A stretch of 64,000 nt of DNA from an uncultured Alphaproteobacteria bacterium (GTDB lineage Bacteria; Pseudomonadota; Alphaproteobacteria; Rhizobiales; Xanthobacteraceae): the NCBI GenBank assembly GCA_963763485.1, contig CAVXOW010000008.1, forward strand, positions 121,464 to 185,463, written 5' to 3'. The notes beneath the pieces were generated by a model. The model ran no database searches, was not told where the DNA came from, and saw only the letters and a program-made list of their open reading frames with translations. The translations under genes and the position numbers were made by a program. Shown here piece by piece: positions 29,060 to 39,125 of this stretch (within the stretch, counting starts at the first letter, position 1; each line of letters starts with the position of its first letter).

Positions 29060-30826
29060 GTGATGGCATCGACGGTCCGCATCCTGATCTTCGCCCTGGC
29101 GATGGCCGTATTCCCGCTGATCCCGGGCCTGCCGCGGTTCTGGATCGTGCTCGCCGACAACGTCGGGCTGGCAGCGCTTGTCGCGATGGGGCTCGTGCTG
29201 CTCACCGGAGTCGGCGGGCTGACGTCGTTCGGCCAGGCGGCGTTCTGCGGCTTCGGCGCCTACACGACGGCACTGCTGACCACCTCCTACGGGCTATCGC
29301 CCTGGCTGACACTGCCGCTGTCGCTCATCATCAGCGGCGGCTTCGCGGTGCTGCTCGGGCTGATCACCGTCAGGCTCTCCGGCCACTACCTGCCGCTCGG
29401 CACCATCGCCTGGGGGCTCAGCCTCTACTACGTCTTCGGCAAGATCGCGCTGCTCGGCCGCAATGACGGCATCTCCTCGATCCCGCCGCTCGCGATCGGC
29501 AGTTTCCAGCTGCTCGACATCGGCCGCATCTACTACGCGATCTGGGTCGCAGTGTTCGTCGCCGCAATCCTGACGCTCAACCTGCTGGACTCGCGCACCG
29601 GGCGCGCGATCCGCGCGCTGCGGCGCGGCCATGTCGCTGCCGAAGCGTTCGGCGTTTCGACCGCACGCGCAAAACTGTTCGTCTTCATCTATGCGGCGGT
29701 GCTCGCCGGCCTGTCCGGCTGGCTCTACGCCCACTTTCAGCGCGCGGTAAATCCGACGCCGTTCGGGATCGATGCCGGCATCGAGTATCTGTTCATCGCG
29801 GTGGTCGGCGGCGCCGGTCACGTCTGGGGCGCGGTGCTGGGCGCGGCGATCGTCACAGTCCTGAAATACGTGCTGCAGGACACGCTGCCGGCGCTGTTCC
29901 AGACCCATCTGCAGCTCGAGACCATCGTGTTCGGCATGCTGCTGGTGCTGTTGCTGCAGGTCGCGCCATCGGGCGTATGGCCGCGGCTGGCGGCGCTTGT
30001 GCCGACGAAGCGCCGGGCGCGCGATGGCGCCGGCGGTGGGCTGCCACGGCGCGACAAGCGCGGCGACGTGCGCACGCTGCTTGCGGTGCGTAACGTGACC
30101 AAGCGCTTCGGCGGTCTCGTCGCCGTCAATGACGTCAGCTTCGATGTCATGGCGGGACAAATTCTGGCGCTGATCGGCCCGAACGGCGCGGGAAAAAGTA
30201 CGACCTTCAACATGATCTCGGGCGTGCTGAAGGCGACATCAGGCACCATCACGTTCGACGGCAAGCGCATCGACGACTTGACGCCGCAGGCGATCGCGCG
30301 GCTCGGCGTCGCGCGCACGTTCCAGCACGTGAAGCTCGTGCCCGACATGAGCGTCGAGGAGAACGTCGCCCTTGGCGCGTATCTGCGCGGCCATTCGGGC
30401 GCGCTCGCCAGCATGCTTCGTCTCGATCGCGCCGATGAGGCCGCGCTGCTCACGGAGGCGCGGAGACAGCTCGCACGGGTCGGTCTGTTGGACTCGGCGC
30501 ACCTGCCTGCGGCCAGCCTGCCGCTCGGACAACAGCGCCTGGTCGAGATCGCGCGCGCGCTCGCCAACGATCCGATCCTGCTGCTGCTCGACGAGCCGGC
30601 GGCGGGCCTGCGCCATCGCGAGAAGACCGAGCTTGCCGAGCTGCTGCGCAAGCTGCGCGACGAAGGCGTCACCGTGGTGCTGGTCGAGCACGACATGGGT
30701 TTCGTCATGGATATCGCCGAGCGCATCGTCGTGCTCGACTTCGGCACCAAAATCGCCGAGGGCACGGCGGATCAGGTGCGGACCAATCCGGCCGTGATCG
30801 CGGCCTATCTCGGGGTTGCCGCATGA
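29060..30826 (+). CDS. fused ABC permease (LivM-like) and ATP-binding (LivG-like) protein
   Basis: 588 aa. The N-terminal ~320 aa are polytopic (LTGVGGLTSFGQAAFCGFGAY). The C-terminal ~250 aa carry Walker A GPNGAGKST, the signature LPLGQQRLVEIARAL and Walker B LLLLDEPAAGL. Confidence 0.85.
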   Translation: MMASTVRILIFALAMAVFPLIPGLPRFWIVLADNVGLAALVAMGLVLLTGVGGLTSFGQAAFCGFGAYTTALLTTSYGLSPWLTLPLSLIISGGFAVLLGLITVRLSGHYLPLGTIAWGLSLYYVFGKIALLGRNDGISSIPPLAIGSFQLLDIGRIYYAIWVAVFVAAILTLNLLDSRTGRAIRALRRGHVAAEAFGVSTARAKLFVFIYAAVLAGLSGWLYAHFQRAVNPTPFGIDAGIEYLFIAVVGGAGHVWGAVLGAAIVTVLKYVLQDTLPALFQTHLQLETIVFGMLLVLLLQVAPSGVWPRLAALVPTKRRARDGAGGGLPRRDKRGDVRTLLAVRNVTKRFGGLVAVNDVSFDVMAGQILALIGPNGAGKSTTFNMISGVLKATSGTITFDGKRIDDLTPQAIARLGVARTFQHVKLVPDMSVEENVALGAYLRGHSGALASMLRLDRADEAALLTEARRQLARVGLLDSAHLPAASLPLGQQRLVEIARALANDPILLLLDEPAAGLRHREKTELAELLRKLRDEGVTVVLVEHDMGFVMDIAERIVVLDFGTKIAEGTADQVRTNPAVIAAYLGVAA

Positions 30827-31542
30827 GCGCGCGCCTGCTCGATATCAGCGATGCCGCGATCGCTTACGGCAAGGTCGAGGCGGTGCGCTCGGCGTCGCTG
30901 CATGTCGAGCAGGGAGAGATCGTCGCCATCATCGGCGCCAACGGTGCCGGCAAGACCACGTTGCTGAACGCGATCATCGGCATCCTCCCAGCGAACGGTC
31001 GCTTTCGCGTGGCCGACCAGAATATCGCGGCGCTCGAAATCGAGGATCGCGTCGCGCTCGGACTGACGCTGGTGCCGGAGCGGCGCGAGCTGTTCGGTGC
31101 GATGCCGGTCGAGGACAATTTGCTGCTCGGCGCATTCCGCCTCGGCCAAAAGGCCGCCGGCGCGAACATCGAGCGCGTCTACACGCTGTTTCCGCGCCTG
31201 AAGGAGCGGCGGCAGCAACTCGCGGCGACGCTGTCGGGCGGCGAGCAGCAGATGCTCGCGATCGGCCGCGCGTTGATGGGCGCGCCAAAACTGTTGATGC
31301 TGGACGAGCCGAGCCTCGGGCTCGCGCCGTTGATCGTCGCTGATATCTTCAAGATCATCGGCGAACTGAAGCAATCCGGCGTGTCGATCCTCTTGGTCGA
31401 GCAAAATGCGCGGGCGGCGCTGAAGATCGCCGACCGCGCTTACGTGATGGAGCTCGGCAGCTTCGTGCTCGATGGCGAGGCCAGCGCGATTGCGGCTGAT
31501 CCCCGCGTGATCGCGAGCTATCTCGGCTTGCCGGCCCACTGA
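30823..31542 (+). CDS. ABC transporter ATP-binding protein (LivF-like)
   Basis: GANGAGKTT, LSGGEQQMLAIGRAL, LLMLDEPS. The start overlaps the upstream stop. Confidence 0.9.
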   Translation: MSARLLDISDAAIAYGKVEAVRSASLHVEQGEIVAIIGANGAGKTTLLNAIIGILPANGRFRVADQNIAALEIEDRVALGLTLVPERRELFGAMPVEDNLLLGAFRLGQKAAGANIERVYTLFPRLKERRQQLAATLSGGEQQMLAIGRALMGAPKLLMLDEPSLGLAPLIVADIFKIIGELKQSGVSILLVEQNARAALKIADRAYVMELGSFVLDGEASAIAADPRVIASYLGLPAH

Positions 31543-31638
31543 CCACCGGCGCCGCGCAACGCGTTGTTTTCAAACGCGTTCGCGGGCTTTTTGGTGGGGT
31601 TTTCGCACTAGCAGTTGAGGTATCTAAATACCTCTATG

Positions 31639-32796
31639 CTACTTGATCACCTCGAACTTGCCGTCTTTCACGGTGAGCAGGATGCGGGCGCGGTCGTCGA
31701 CGCCGTAGCGGTCCTTCTCGGTGAAGTTATAGACGCCCTGGCTCGCGGCCAGATCCTTTTCGCTCAGCAGCGCCTGGCGGATCGCCTCGCGAAATTCCTT
31801 GGTGCCGGGCTTCGCCGTCTTCAACGCCACCGGCACGATGCGCTTCAGGATCTCGAAGGCATCGTAGGGGTGTGCGGCAAACTGGCTGCGGCTCTGCGGG
31901 CCATATTTGCCTTCGTAGGCCTTGACCAGCGCGAGGCCGGGCTTCTTGGTGAGTGCGCTGTCGTCCTGCCCTTCCGGCGCAATCGCCGGACCTGACGCCA
32001 TGATGACGCCTTCAGCCGATTTGCCGGCGATACGGATGAAGTCGTAACTCACCGCGCCGTGGGTCTGGTAGATCGGACCGGCGTAGCCGCGCTCGCGCAA
32101 GCCGAGCTGCGGCAGCGCGGCGGCGGTCCCCGAGCCGGACACCAGCACCGCGTCGGGCTTGGCCGAGACCAGTTTCAACACCTGGCCCACCACCGACGTG
32201 TCGGCCCTGGCATAGCGTTCGTCGACGACGAGCTCGAGGCCCATGGGCGCTGCCTGGTTCTTGAATTCGCCGAGCCAGAGGTCGCCCCAGGAATCCGAAA
32301 AGCCGATCATGCCGACCGTCTTCACGCCGTTCTTCTTCATGTGTTCGAACAGCGCCTTGGCCATCAGCGGCACCGGCTGCGGCATCACCACCGTCCACTT
32401 GGCGCGCTCCGGCGTGATCGGGGTCGGCGCCAGTGCGAAGTGCGGGATGCCAGCTTCGGCCGCAACCGTCGCGACACCGATCGAGGCCGGCGTGTTCGAC
32501 GAGCCCATGATGATGTCGACCGCCAATTCGTTGACAAAGCGGCGCGCGTTGGTGGTCGCCGTCGTGGGATCGCCGGCGTCATCGAGCACGATGGTCTTGA
32601 TCTTGGCGCCGCCGATCTCGGTCGGCACGAATTCGAGCGCGTTGCGCTCGGGCACGCCGAGCGCGGCACTCGGGCCGCTGGTCGAAATCGTGATGCCGAT
32701 GGTGATGTCGGGAGATTCCGCCGCCGATGCTAATGGCGTTGCGGCGAAGCCGAATGCCGCAAGACCCACCGCGGCCACCCAAAATTTCCTTGTCAT
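31639..32796 (-). CDS. ABC substrate-binding protein (Leu/Ile/Val-binding-like family)
   Basis: The ORF 31639..32817 is trimmed to the ATG at 32796..32794, after AAGGAGGAGCG. The signal peptide is MTRKFWVAAVGLAAFGFAATPLASA. It is convergent with the ABC genes. Confidence 0.85.
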   Translation of the reverse strand: MTRKFWVAAVGLAAFGFAATPLASAAESPDITIGITISTSGPSAALGVPERNALEFVPTEIGGAKIKTIVLDDAGDPTTATTNARRFVNELAVDIIMGSSNTPASIGVATVAAEAGIPHFALAPTPITPERAKWTVVMPQPVPLMAKALFEHMKKNGVKTVGMIGFSDSWGDLWLGEFKNQAAPMGLELVVDERYARADTSVVGQVLKLVSAKPDAVLVSGSGTAAALPQLGLRERGYAGPIYQTHGAVSYDFIRIAGKSAEGVIMASGPAIAPEGQDDSALTKKPGLALVKAYEGKYGPQSRSQFAAHPYDAFEILKRIVPVALKTAKPGTKEFREAIRQALLSEKDLAASQGVYNFTEKDRYGVDDRARILLTVKDGKFEVIK

Positions 32797-33004
32797 CGCT
32801 CCTCCTTGAATACCCATTGTTCTGATTGGCCGGACGTTAGCGGCCGGTTCGCCGACGGCGCAATGGCCGCCGATCTTCTGAATAGTTACGTTCTATAACT
32901 AACCCGCCGGTGTCAATGGCGGCCAACTCGACAAGCCCAATCCGCGCGGCGCCGTGCGAGGCGTCGCGCCCGCGCAAGAGGCGGAAAAGATAGCCGAGGG
33001 TCGC

Positions 33005-33298
33005 TTAGGCCAACGAGCCGACGATCTTGTCGAACTGTGCTTCGCTCATGATCGGGACCGTGGTGGTACGCAGATTACCGGCAGCGGCGAGCGACAGCAC
33101 ATATCGCGCCAGCGTCTCCTCGTCCTTGGCCTCGACATGGATGATGAGGTCGTAGACCCCCATCGCGAGATACGACGTCTTGATCTCGACGCCGACGGCC
33201 TTGGCTTTCTCGCGAGCCGCGGCGCGGCGCTTGGGCGCTTCCTTGATGGTGCGAACGCCCTGTTCGGTGAAGTTGCAGAGAAGCATGTACATCGGCAT
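33005..33298 (-). CDS. GYD domain-containing protein
   Basis: 97 aa, beginning MPMYMLLCNFTEQGVRTIKEAP and containing LAMGVYDLIIHVEA, the pattern of the GYD family. Confidence 0.75.
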   Translation of the reverse strand: MPMYMLLCNFTEQGVRTIKEAPKRRAAAREKAKAVGVEIKTSYLAMGVYDLIIHVEAKDEETLARYVLSLAAAGNLRTTTVPIMSEAQFDKIVGSLA

Positions 33299-33475
33299 GA
33301 CAGCCTCCTCGTGCTGAGTAACAGCCCGTCCAGCGGGCTGGACTCTGCCACAGATCGAGCCCCGCGCCGAGCCGCTTTCGCGCGAGATGCCCGGCGACGA
33401 TGTGTCAAGTTCGCGAAAAAAGGTATGATTGCGGGCGCCAACCGAACGCTGTCACGATAGTTGGGCGAGGTGACC

Positions 33476-34847
33476 ATGACCGATGCAAGCGCGAAGAACG
33501 ATGCAGCGCCAGGGCTGCGGCCGTACCTGCCGGCGACCTCAGGCTTTGCCAAGGGAGAAGGCTCGCCGCGCGATTTCCTCGAGCGGGCGATTGCCACGCT
33601 GGAAGCGTGGGAACCCAAAATTGGAGCGTTTGTTGCGCTCAATCTCGCAGCCGCGCGGGCCGACGCCGATCGCGCCACCGCGCGCTGGCGTTCGGGAAAA
33701 CCGCTGTCGCCGATCGACGGCATGCCGGTCGGCATCAAGGACATCATCGAGACAAACGACATGCCGACCGGCAACGGCTCGCCGCTGTTCGACGGCTACC
33801 GCGGCGAACGCGATGGCGCGAGTGTCGCAGCGCTGCGCGAGGCGGGCGCGGTGATCGTCGGCAAGACCGTGACCACCGAGTTCGCGTCCACCCAGCCGCG
33901 CGGCACCCGCAACCCGCATGACGTGACGCGCACGCCGGGCGGTTCGAGCAGCGGCTCGGCGGCGGCCGTTGCCGTCGGCGCCATCTGCGGCCGGCATCGG
34001 CACGCAGGTGCTGGGCTCGATCGTCCGGCCGTCGAGTTTCTGCGGCTGCTTCGGTTTCAAGCCGACGGTCGGCGCGCTCAATCGCGGCGGCAGCTATGAT
34101 GGGCTGTCGCAGAGCGTGCACGGGCCGATCGCTGCCAGCCTGCCCGAGGCCTGGATTGTCGCCTACGAGATCGCGCAGCGCGCCGGCGGCGACCCCGGCT
34201 TTCCCGGGCTGTACGGGCCGGCGACGCCGCCGGCGGCGGTCGCGGCCGACGAAGCTCGCGTTGCTCGAAACCGACGGCTGGGCGGTCGCAACGCCGGGCG
34301 CGAAACAGGCGCTCGCCGGCGCGATCGAAAAGCTGCGCGCAGTGCCGGAATCGCGATCGCGACACGGCACGACGATGCGAGAATAGCCGCGACCGAAGCC
34401 GCGATCACGGCCGCCCGCGAGCTCTCAACGCGGATCAACGCCTGGGAATGGCGCTGGCCAATCAACACCTATCGCGCCCGCGATGCCACGAAGCTCAGCA
34501 AGTCGACGCTTGAGCGCGGCGCGCAGGCCGAGGCGATGACGCTCGACGACTATCGGTTCGACATCGCCGATCGCGATCGGCGGCGCGCGATCCATTCGGC
34601 ATTGGCCGGAGAATTCGACGCCTGCGTTACGCTGTCGGCGACGGGTGCCGCTCCGGTCGGTCTCGACTCGACCGGCAACCCGGTGTTTGCCGCGCCGGGC
34701 TCGATGCTCGGCATCCCTGCGATCTCGCTGCCGGTGCTCGACGATGGCGGCCTGCCGCTCGGCCTGCAGCTGATGGGCTTTGCCCACCGCGATGCGAGGC
34801 TGTTTGCGACGGCTGCTGCGGTGCTGGAGATGCTTGAGCGCGTGTGA
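33476..34847 (+). pseudogene. amidase (amidase-signature family) interrupted by three frame changes
   Basis: The AS motif GGSSSGSAAAVAVGA in frame 2 continues as AAGIGTQVLGSIVRPSSFCGCFGFKPTVGAL in frame 0 (shift near 33980-33990). It then continues as RPTKLALLETDGWAVATPGAKQALAGAIEKLRA in frame 1 (shift near 34240-34250), and returns to frame 0 as GIAIATRHDDARIAATEAAI (shift near 34340-34350). Confidence 0.75.
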
Positions 34848-34868
34848 GGCGGCGAATGCCAATTTTGG

Positions 34869-34900
34869 CCGCTCGACCCCGCGAACGCGGGGACGAGCGG
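34869..34900. repeat. REP-like hairpin CCGCTCGACCCCGCG-AA-CGCGGGGACGAGCGG between convergent genes
   Basis: Same GTCCCCGCG/CGCGGGGAC core as 4465..4594. It could serve as a bidirectional terminator. Confidence 0.5.
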
Positions 34901-34923
34901 ATGAACAATCCAGATTCCGCGCC

Positions 34924-35409
34924 TCACAGCACCTTGTAGACGTCGATGACCACCTGCGCCTGATGGCGCTGGGCCGAGGCCACGAACAGCGTCTGCATCA
35001 TCCAGCGATATTTTTCGGTTCCGGTCTCGAATTTCGGCACGGTGCGAAAATAGATCAGGCTGGGATCGACGGCCTCGCCGCGGGTCAGGCGCTCGAGCGC
35101 CTCGCGCGGGCCGGTGCGGATGCCGGTGTTCTCGATGTAGAGCAGCGCGCCATCGTCCAGTTCGACCACATAGCGCGCAATGAGATCGATCAAGCCATTG
35201 GGGCGGATGATCTGAAAGTCGGCGCCGCCAGGCAGAATCTTGCCGCGCATGTTGGGGCCGCGCAGCTCGCCACCCGTGATCGCGATCTGCCGGCGCACCC
35301 CAAGGCCGGTCTCGCCAACCGAGACGGGAGTGGCGACGTCAACGGACAGGCGAAAGACGAATTCGGTCTCGAGCGTTGGCTTGGCGTCGGCAATCGTTGC
35401 TCTGGTCAT
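34924..35409 (-). CDS. DUF3237-like (UPF0311) protein
   Basis: The ORF 34924..35424 is trimmed to the ATG at 35409..35407, after GGGGAGAGAC. The pattern GGELRGPNMRGKILPGGADFQIIRPNG..LDARY-like is typical of DUF3237. Family assignment is from memory. Confidence 0.6.
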   Translation of the reverse strand: MTRATIADAKPTLETEFVFRLSVDVATPVSVGETGLGVRRQIAITGGELRGPNMRGKILPGGADFQIIRPNGLIDLIARYVVELDDGALLYIENTGIRTGPREALERLTRGEAVDPSLIYFRTVPKFETGTEKYRWMMQTLFVASAQRHQAQVVIDVYKVL

Positions 35410-35716
35410 GTCTCTCCCCGGCAAATCGGCCCGTTATTGTGATTTGGCGAGAAGAGGCTGGCAAGTACTGCCCGCGACTCAGAATTTATTGCTTCGTACT
35501 CATCGACCAGCCAACGCCGCGAGGGCACCCGCGCCAAATCGTCGACGCACGGGAGCGTTCGTTGAGTTCGTCGGTGGCCGGCTTAGTCCGCTCCCGAAGG
35601 AATTGCAGACTTAGTTCAAATTGGTATTGAGGTCCGAGTTTGACCGAAGCGGACATTTACGCTCGTAACGTGAAGGCACTTGCATCTCGACCGATCGCAC
35701 CCTGGCTGCCCGCCTT

Positions 35717-35730
35717 TTGACCCATCGCAA
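35717..35730. promoter_or_regulatory. FixK2/FNR-type box TTGACCCATCGCAA
   Basis: Matches the TTG(A/C)-N6-(T/G)CAA form reported for Bradyrhizobium FixK2. It ends 69 nt upstream of the OsmC-like ATG (35799). Confidence 0.45.
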
Positions 35731-35798
35731 TAGGAGGTAGTCGGCCATTTGGCATCGTGTGCGCGTTCGGCGATCATGCCCGCGGAGAGTGTCTCGCC

Positions 35799-36209
35799 AT
35801 GCTCGAATACAATGTTGTCGCAAAACGCTCAGACTCCCACGGAAGTACGGCCCGATCCAAACAGGCCGAACTTGTGCTCGACACTGACGTGAATGGCAGG
35901 GCGGACGCCTTCAATCCTGCGGAACTGTTTCTGGCGGCGGTCGCCGCCTGCATGATCAAAGGAATCGAACGGGTCGCGCCGATGCTCCACTTCAAGTTCA
36001 GCGGCGTCGAGGTCCGCCTTCATGGCGTTCGTCAAGATAGCCCGCCTTTCATGTCTTCCGTGACCTATGACCTTATCGTCGACACGGATGAAGACGATCG
36101 GCGCCTCGATCTCCTGCATCAGAATGTTCGTAAGTATGGAACGATCTCGAACACGGTAGCCGCAGCAACGAAGCTTGAGGGCAAGATTGTGCGGGCCGGA
36201 ACTGTTTGA
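35799..36209 (+). CDS. OsmC/Ohr family protein
   Basis: The ORF 35757..36209 is trimmed to the ATG at 35799, after GGAGAG. It has the OsmC-like core FNPAELFLAAVAACMIKG. The second conserved Cys appears replaced (RKYGTISNT). Confidence 0.7.
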   Translation: MLEYNVVAKRSDSHGSTARSKQAELVLDTDVNGRADAFNPAELFLAAVAACMIKGIERVAPMLHFKFSGVEVRLHGVRQDSPPFMSSVTYDLIVDTDEDDRRLDLLHQNVRKYGTISNTVAAATKLEGKIVRAGTV

Positions 36210-36233
36210 ACGCGAACCGTTCGAGATGATTCG

Positions 36234-37136
36234 ATGGCGGATCACCATGACGACAAGCAAAGCCTGAACGTTGGACCCGCTTTCCTGTGGGCCGCGGTTC
36301 TGAACACGGCTTATGTCGTGGTCGAAGCTTTATTTGGCTTTTGGGTCGGATCACTAGCTTTGCTGGCTGACGCGGCGCACAACGTCACGGACGTATTCGG
36401 CCTTTTGATCGCGTGGGGAGCATTTGTTGTCGCGCGACGCCGACCGACAGAGTGGCACACCTACGGCCTCGGTCGTGCAACGATCCTGGCTGCTCTCGCC
36501 AATGGAATTGCCTTACTGATTGGAGTAGGCGCGCTTGTTCGCGAAGCGACTGAGCGCATTGCTGCTCCTGAGCCAGTCGCAGCAACAACTGTTCTTTGGG
36601 TCGCAGCAATCGGAATTGCGGTTAAATCGGGGACCGCGCTCCTGTTCGTGAAAGAACGCTCCCACGATATCAATATCGGAGGCGCATTCCTGCACATGGC
36701 AGCGGACGCAGCGGTTTCGGCAGGCGTTGTCGTATCCGCAATCGTGATTTTCCTCACCGGCTGGACGGTTGCCGATCCGGTCGTCGCGATTCTCGTAAGT
36801 GCCGCGATTGGTTGGTCGGCTTTCGGGCTCTCCAAATCGGCGCTCCACTTGAGCCTCGATGGAACTCCGGAAGGCATCAATTTGTCGGCGATCGGGGCGT
36901 CGCTGCGCGCACTTCCCGGCGTCACCGACTTACACGATCTTCACATCTGGGCGCTCAGCACGACATCTAATGCGCTGACGGTTCATCTGGTGATGCCTGA
37001 TGGATGTCCGAGCGATGCCTTTCTCGAACAGACTGCACACGATCTAGAAACACGGTTCCGCGTCGCTCACGTAACGCTCCAAGTGGAGCGAGGAACGGAG
37101 GAGAAATGTCAGTTGGCAGATCCTGCTCGACCGTAA
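36234..37136 (+). CDS. cation diffusion facilitator family transporter (CzcD-like)
   Basis: 300 aa with CDF motifs (SLALLADAAHNVTDV, GAFLHMAADAAVSAGV, DLHDLHIWALS). Confidence 0.85.
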   Translation: MADHHDDKQSLNVGPAFLWAAVLNTAYVVVEALFGFWVGSLALLADAAHNVTDVFGLLIAWGAFVVARRRPTEWHTYGLGRATILAALANGIALLIGVGALVREATERIAAPEPVAATTVLWVAAIGIAVKSGTALLFVKERSHDINIGGAFLHMAADAAVSAGVVVSAIVIFLTGWTVADPVVAILVSAAIGWSAFGLSKSALHLSLDGTPEGINLSAIGASLRALPGVTDLHDLHIWALSTTSNALTVHLVMPDGCPSDAFLEQTAHDLETRFRVAHVTLQVERGTEEKCQLADPARP

Positions 37137-37137
37137 A

Positions 37138-37151
37138 TTGATGCAGATCAG
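37138..37151. promoter_or_regulatory. FNR-type box TTGATGCAGATCAG (9/10 match to TTGAT-N4-ATCAA)
   Basis: It ends 61 nt upstream of the thiolase ATG (37212), immediately after the CDF stop. Confidence 0.45.
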
Positions 37152-37211
37152 CGCCCACTGCGCTGACATTTGATTACTGTGCTGCAGCAGCAAAGTCCGA
37201 GGAGATCGACT

Positions 37212-38399
37212 ATGGCTAATCGCGAAGTTGTGATCTGTTCACCGGTGCGCACAGCGATCGGTACTTATGGCGGCACGCTCAAGGACATGCCGGCGGTCGA
37301 TCTCGGAGCTGTTACGGTTCGCGCAACTCTTGAGCGCGCGAAACTTTCGCCGGGCGATATCGGTACGGTCGTCATGGGCAATGTGATCCAGGCCGGCAAC
37401 AAGATGAATCCGGCGCGCCAGGCCGCGATTCACGGCGGTGTGCCGGTCGATATTCCGGCGATGACAGTCAACCGCGTCTGCGGCTCGGGCGCGCAGGCAA
37501 TTGCGAGCGCAGCGCAGGAAGTGATGCTCGGCTTCATCGATAGCGCGGTCGCCGGAGGAATGGAGAACATGGACCGCGCTCCGTATCTCATGAGTTCTGG
37601 GCGCTGGGGCTACCGCATGGGCGATGCCCAGGTGTTCGATTCAATGCTGATGGACGGCCTCAACGATGCCTTCTCCGGTCAACATTCCGGATGGCACACG
37701 GAGGATCTCGCGAGCTCGCATCAGATTACGCGCGAGCAGCAGGACCGCTGGGCAGAGCGCTCGCAGAAGCGGTTTTCGGCTGCTCAGTCCGCCGGCAAGT
37801 TTGCGGCGGAAATCACGTCAGTCGAAGTCGCGTCGCGTAAGGGCCCGGCAAAATTCGAGAAGGACGAACATAATCGGCCGGACGCCACACTGGAGAGCCT
37901 GTCGAAGCTAAAACCGGCCTTTCGCAAGGATGGCACCATCACCGCTGGCAACGCGCCGGGTCTCAACAGTGGAGCGGCAGCCATGATCGTCGCCGATCGC
38001 GCTTGGGCTGACCACAAGGGCCTCGTGCCGATGGCGCGGCTCGTAGCCTACGGTATCGGCGCCGTCGAGCCGGGTATGTTCGGTTTGGGTCCGGTACCAG
38101 CGGTGAAGCAGGCGCTCGATCGCGCCGGATGGAAAACCTCAGATATTGAACGCATCGAGATCAACGAAGCCTTCGCAGCAATCGCAATTGCGGTCACAAC
38201 GGACCTTGGTTTGGGTCCCGAAATCGTCAACGTCGAAGGCGGTGCCATCGCGCATGGTCACCCGATCGGCGCCAGCGGCGCGGTGCTCACGACCCGACTG
38301 CTGCATTCGATGCAACGCGATGGAATCAAAAAGGGGATCGTCACGCTCTGCATCGGCGGTGGCCAGGGAATTGCACTCGCACTCGAAGCCGTGAATTGA
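37212..38399 (+). CDS. acetyl-CoA C-acetyltransferase (thiolase II)
   Basis: The ORF 37170..38399 is trimmed to the ATG at 37212, after GAGGAG. It has thiolase motifs (VNRVCGSGAQAI, NEAFAA, GGAIAHGHPIGASG, CIGGGQGIA). Confidence 0.9.
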   Translation: MANREVVICSPVRTAIGTYGGTLKDMPAVDLGAVTVRATLERAKLSPGDIGTVVMGNVIQAGNKMNPARQAAIHGGVPVDIPAMTVNRVCGSGAQAIASAAQEVMLGFIDSAVAGGMENMDRAPYLMSSGRWGYRMGDAQVFDSMLMDGLNDAFSGQHSGWHTEDLASSHQITREQQDRWAERSQKRFSAAQSAGKFAAEITSVEVASRKGPAKFEKDEHNRPDATLESLSKLKPAFRKDGTITAGNAPGLNSGAAAMIVADRAWADHKGLVPMARLVAYGIGAVEPGMFGLGPVPAVKQALDRAGWKTSDIERIEINEAFAAIAIAVTTDLGLGPEIVNVEGGAIAHGHPIGASGAVLTTRLLHSMQRDGIKKGIVTLCIGGGQGIALALEAVN

Positions 38400-38491
38400 G
38401 CTGGTGTTGGAAATCCAGCGGATGTTTGCATGATCGCTCCGACGCGGCCGTTGCGGAGAAGAGATTCTAGGGGTTTCAACAGGGTGCGAAT

Positions 38492-38845
38492 ATGAGCAAG
38501 GATTTTGCGGGCATCGCCCACGATGTGATCACCGGTGTCGGGCTGCTACAGAAGAGCGCGCCCGACACGATGAAGGCTTTTGGTGCTCTTTCCATTGCCG
38601 CGACGGCCGCCAAAGCGATCGACACAAAGACGAAGGAGTTGATGGCACTGGCTATTGGCATCGCGGTCCACTGTGATGGCTGCGTCGCCTACCACACCAA
38701 AATGGCTCATCAGCACGGAGCCACGCGCGAGGAGGTCGCCGAGACGGTTGCTCTTGCCGTGTACATGGGTGGTGGACCAGCGGCAGTGTACGGAGGCGAT
38801 GCTTTGCGCGCCTTCGATCAGTTTGCCGGCTCAAAGCCGCAATAA
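38492..38845 (+). CDS. carboxymuconolactone decarboxylase family protein (AhpD-like)
   Basis: 117 aa with the AhpD-type CxxC motif (IAVHCDGCVAYH). Confidence 0.8.
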   Translation: MSKDFAGIAHDVITGVGLLQKSAPDTMKAFGALSIAATAAKAIDTKTKELMALAIGIAVHCDGCVAYHTKMAHQHGATREEVAETVALAVYMGGGPAAVYGGDALRAFDQFAGSKPQ

Positions 38846-38918
38846 ATCGCCGAGCAAGATGCGCAGCCGGTGCCCGTAAGGTCGATGATGAGAGACTGTA
38901 ATGCAGCGGGAGAAGCCA

Positions 38919-39125
38919 ATGGCAATATCAGGAGGATGCGCATTGACCATCCTTCTCACAGATGAGCATCTGCGCAAAATCATCGAGTATCATCTTCTGA
39001 AGGAGGATGAGATAAGCGATCCGGTCAAGCTCAGTCGTGTGGCGCAAAAGTTGTTGGACGCTACCTTGGGGCTTCCGGACCGGGCGTGGCATGACTGGGA
39101 TGAGTGGGGGAAGGGGCTTACATGA
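38919..39125 (+). CDS. small acidic hypothetical protein
   Basis: The ORF 38901..39125 is trimmed to the ATG at 38919, after GGGAGA. I recognise no family. Coding status is uncertain. Confidence 0.3.
   Translation: MAISGGCALTILLTDEHLRKIIEYHLLKEDEISDPVKLSRVAQKLLDATLGLPDRAWHDWDEWGKGLT

Noticed and set aside
35425-35800. I looked for a tRNA gene, an integrase or direct repeats marking the left border of the lower-GC block, and likewise at 41338..41446 for the right border.
   Set aside because: No cloverleaf-like sequence, integrase/transposase ORF or matching direct repeats are visible. I therefore cannot claim a genomic island with a defined mobility mechanism.
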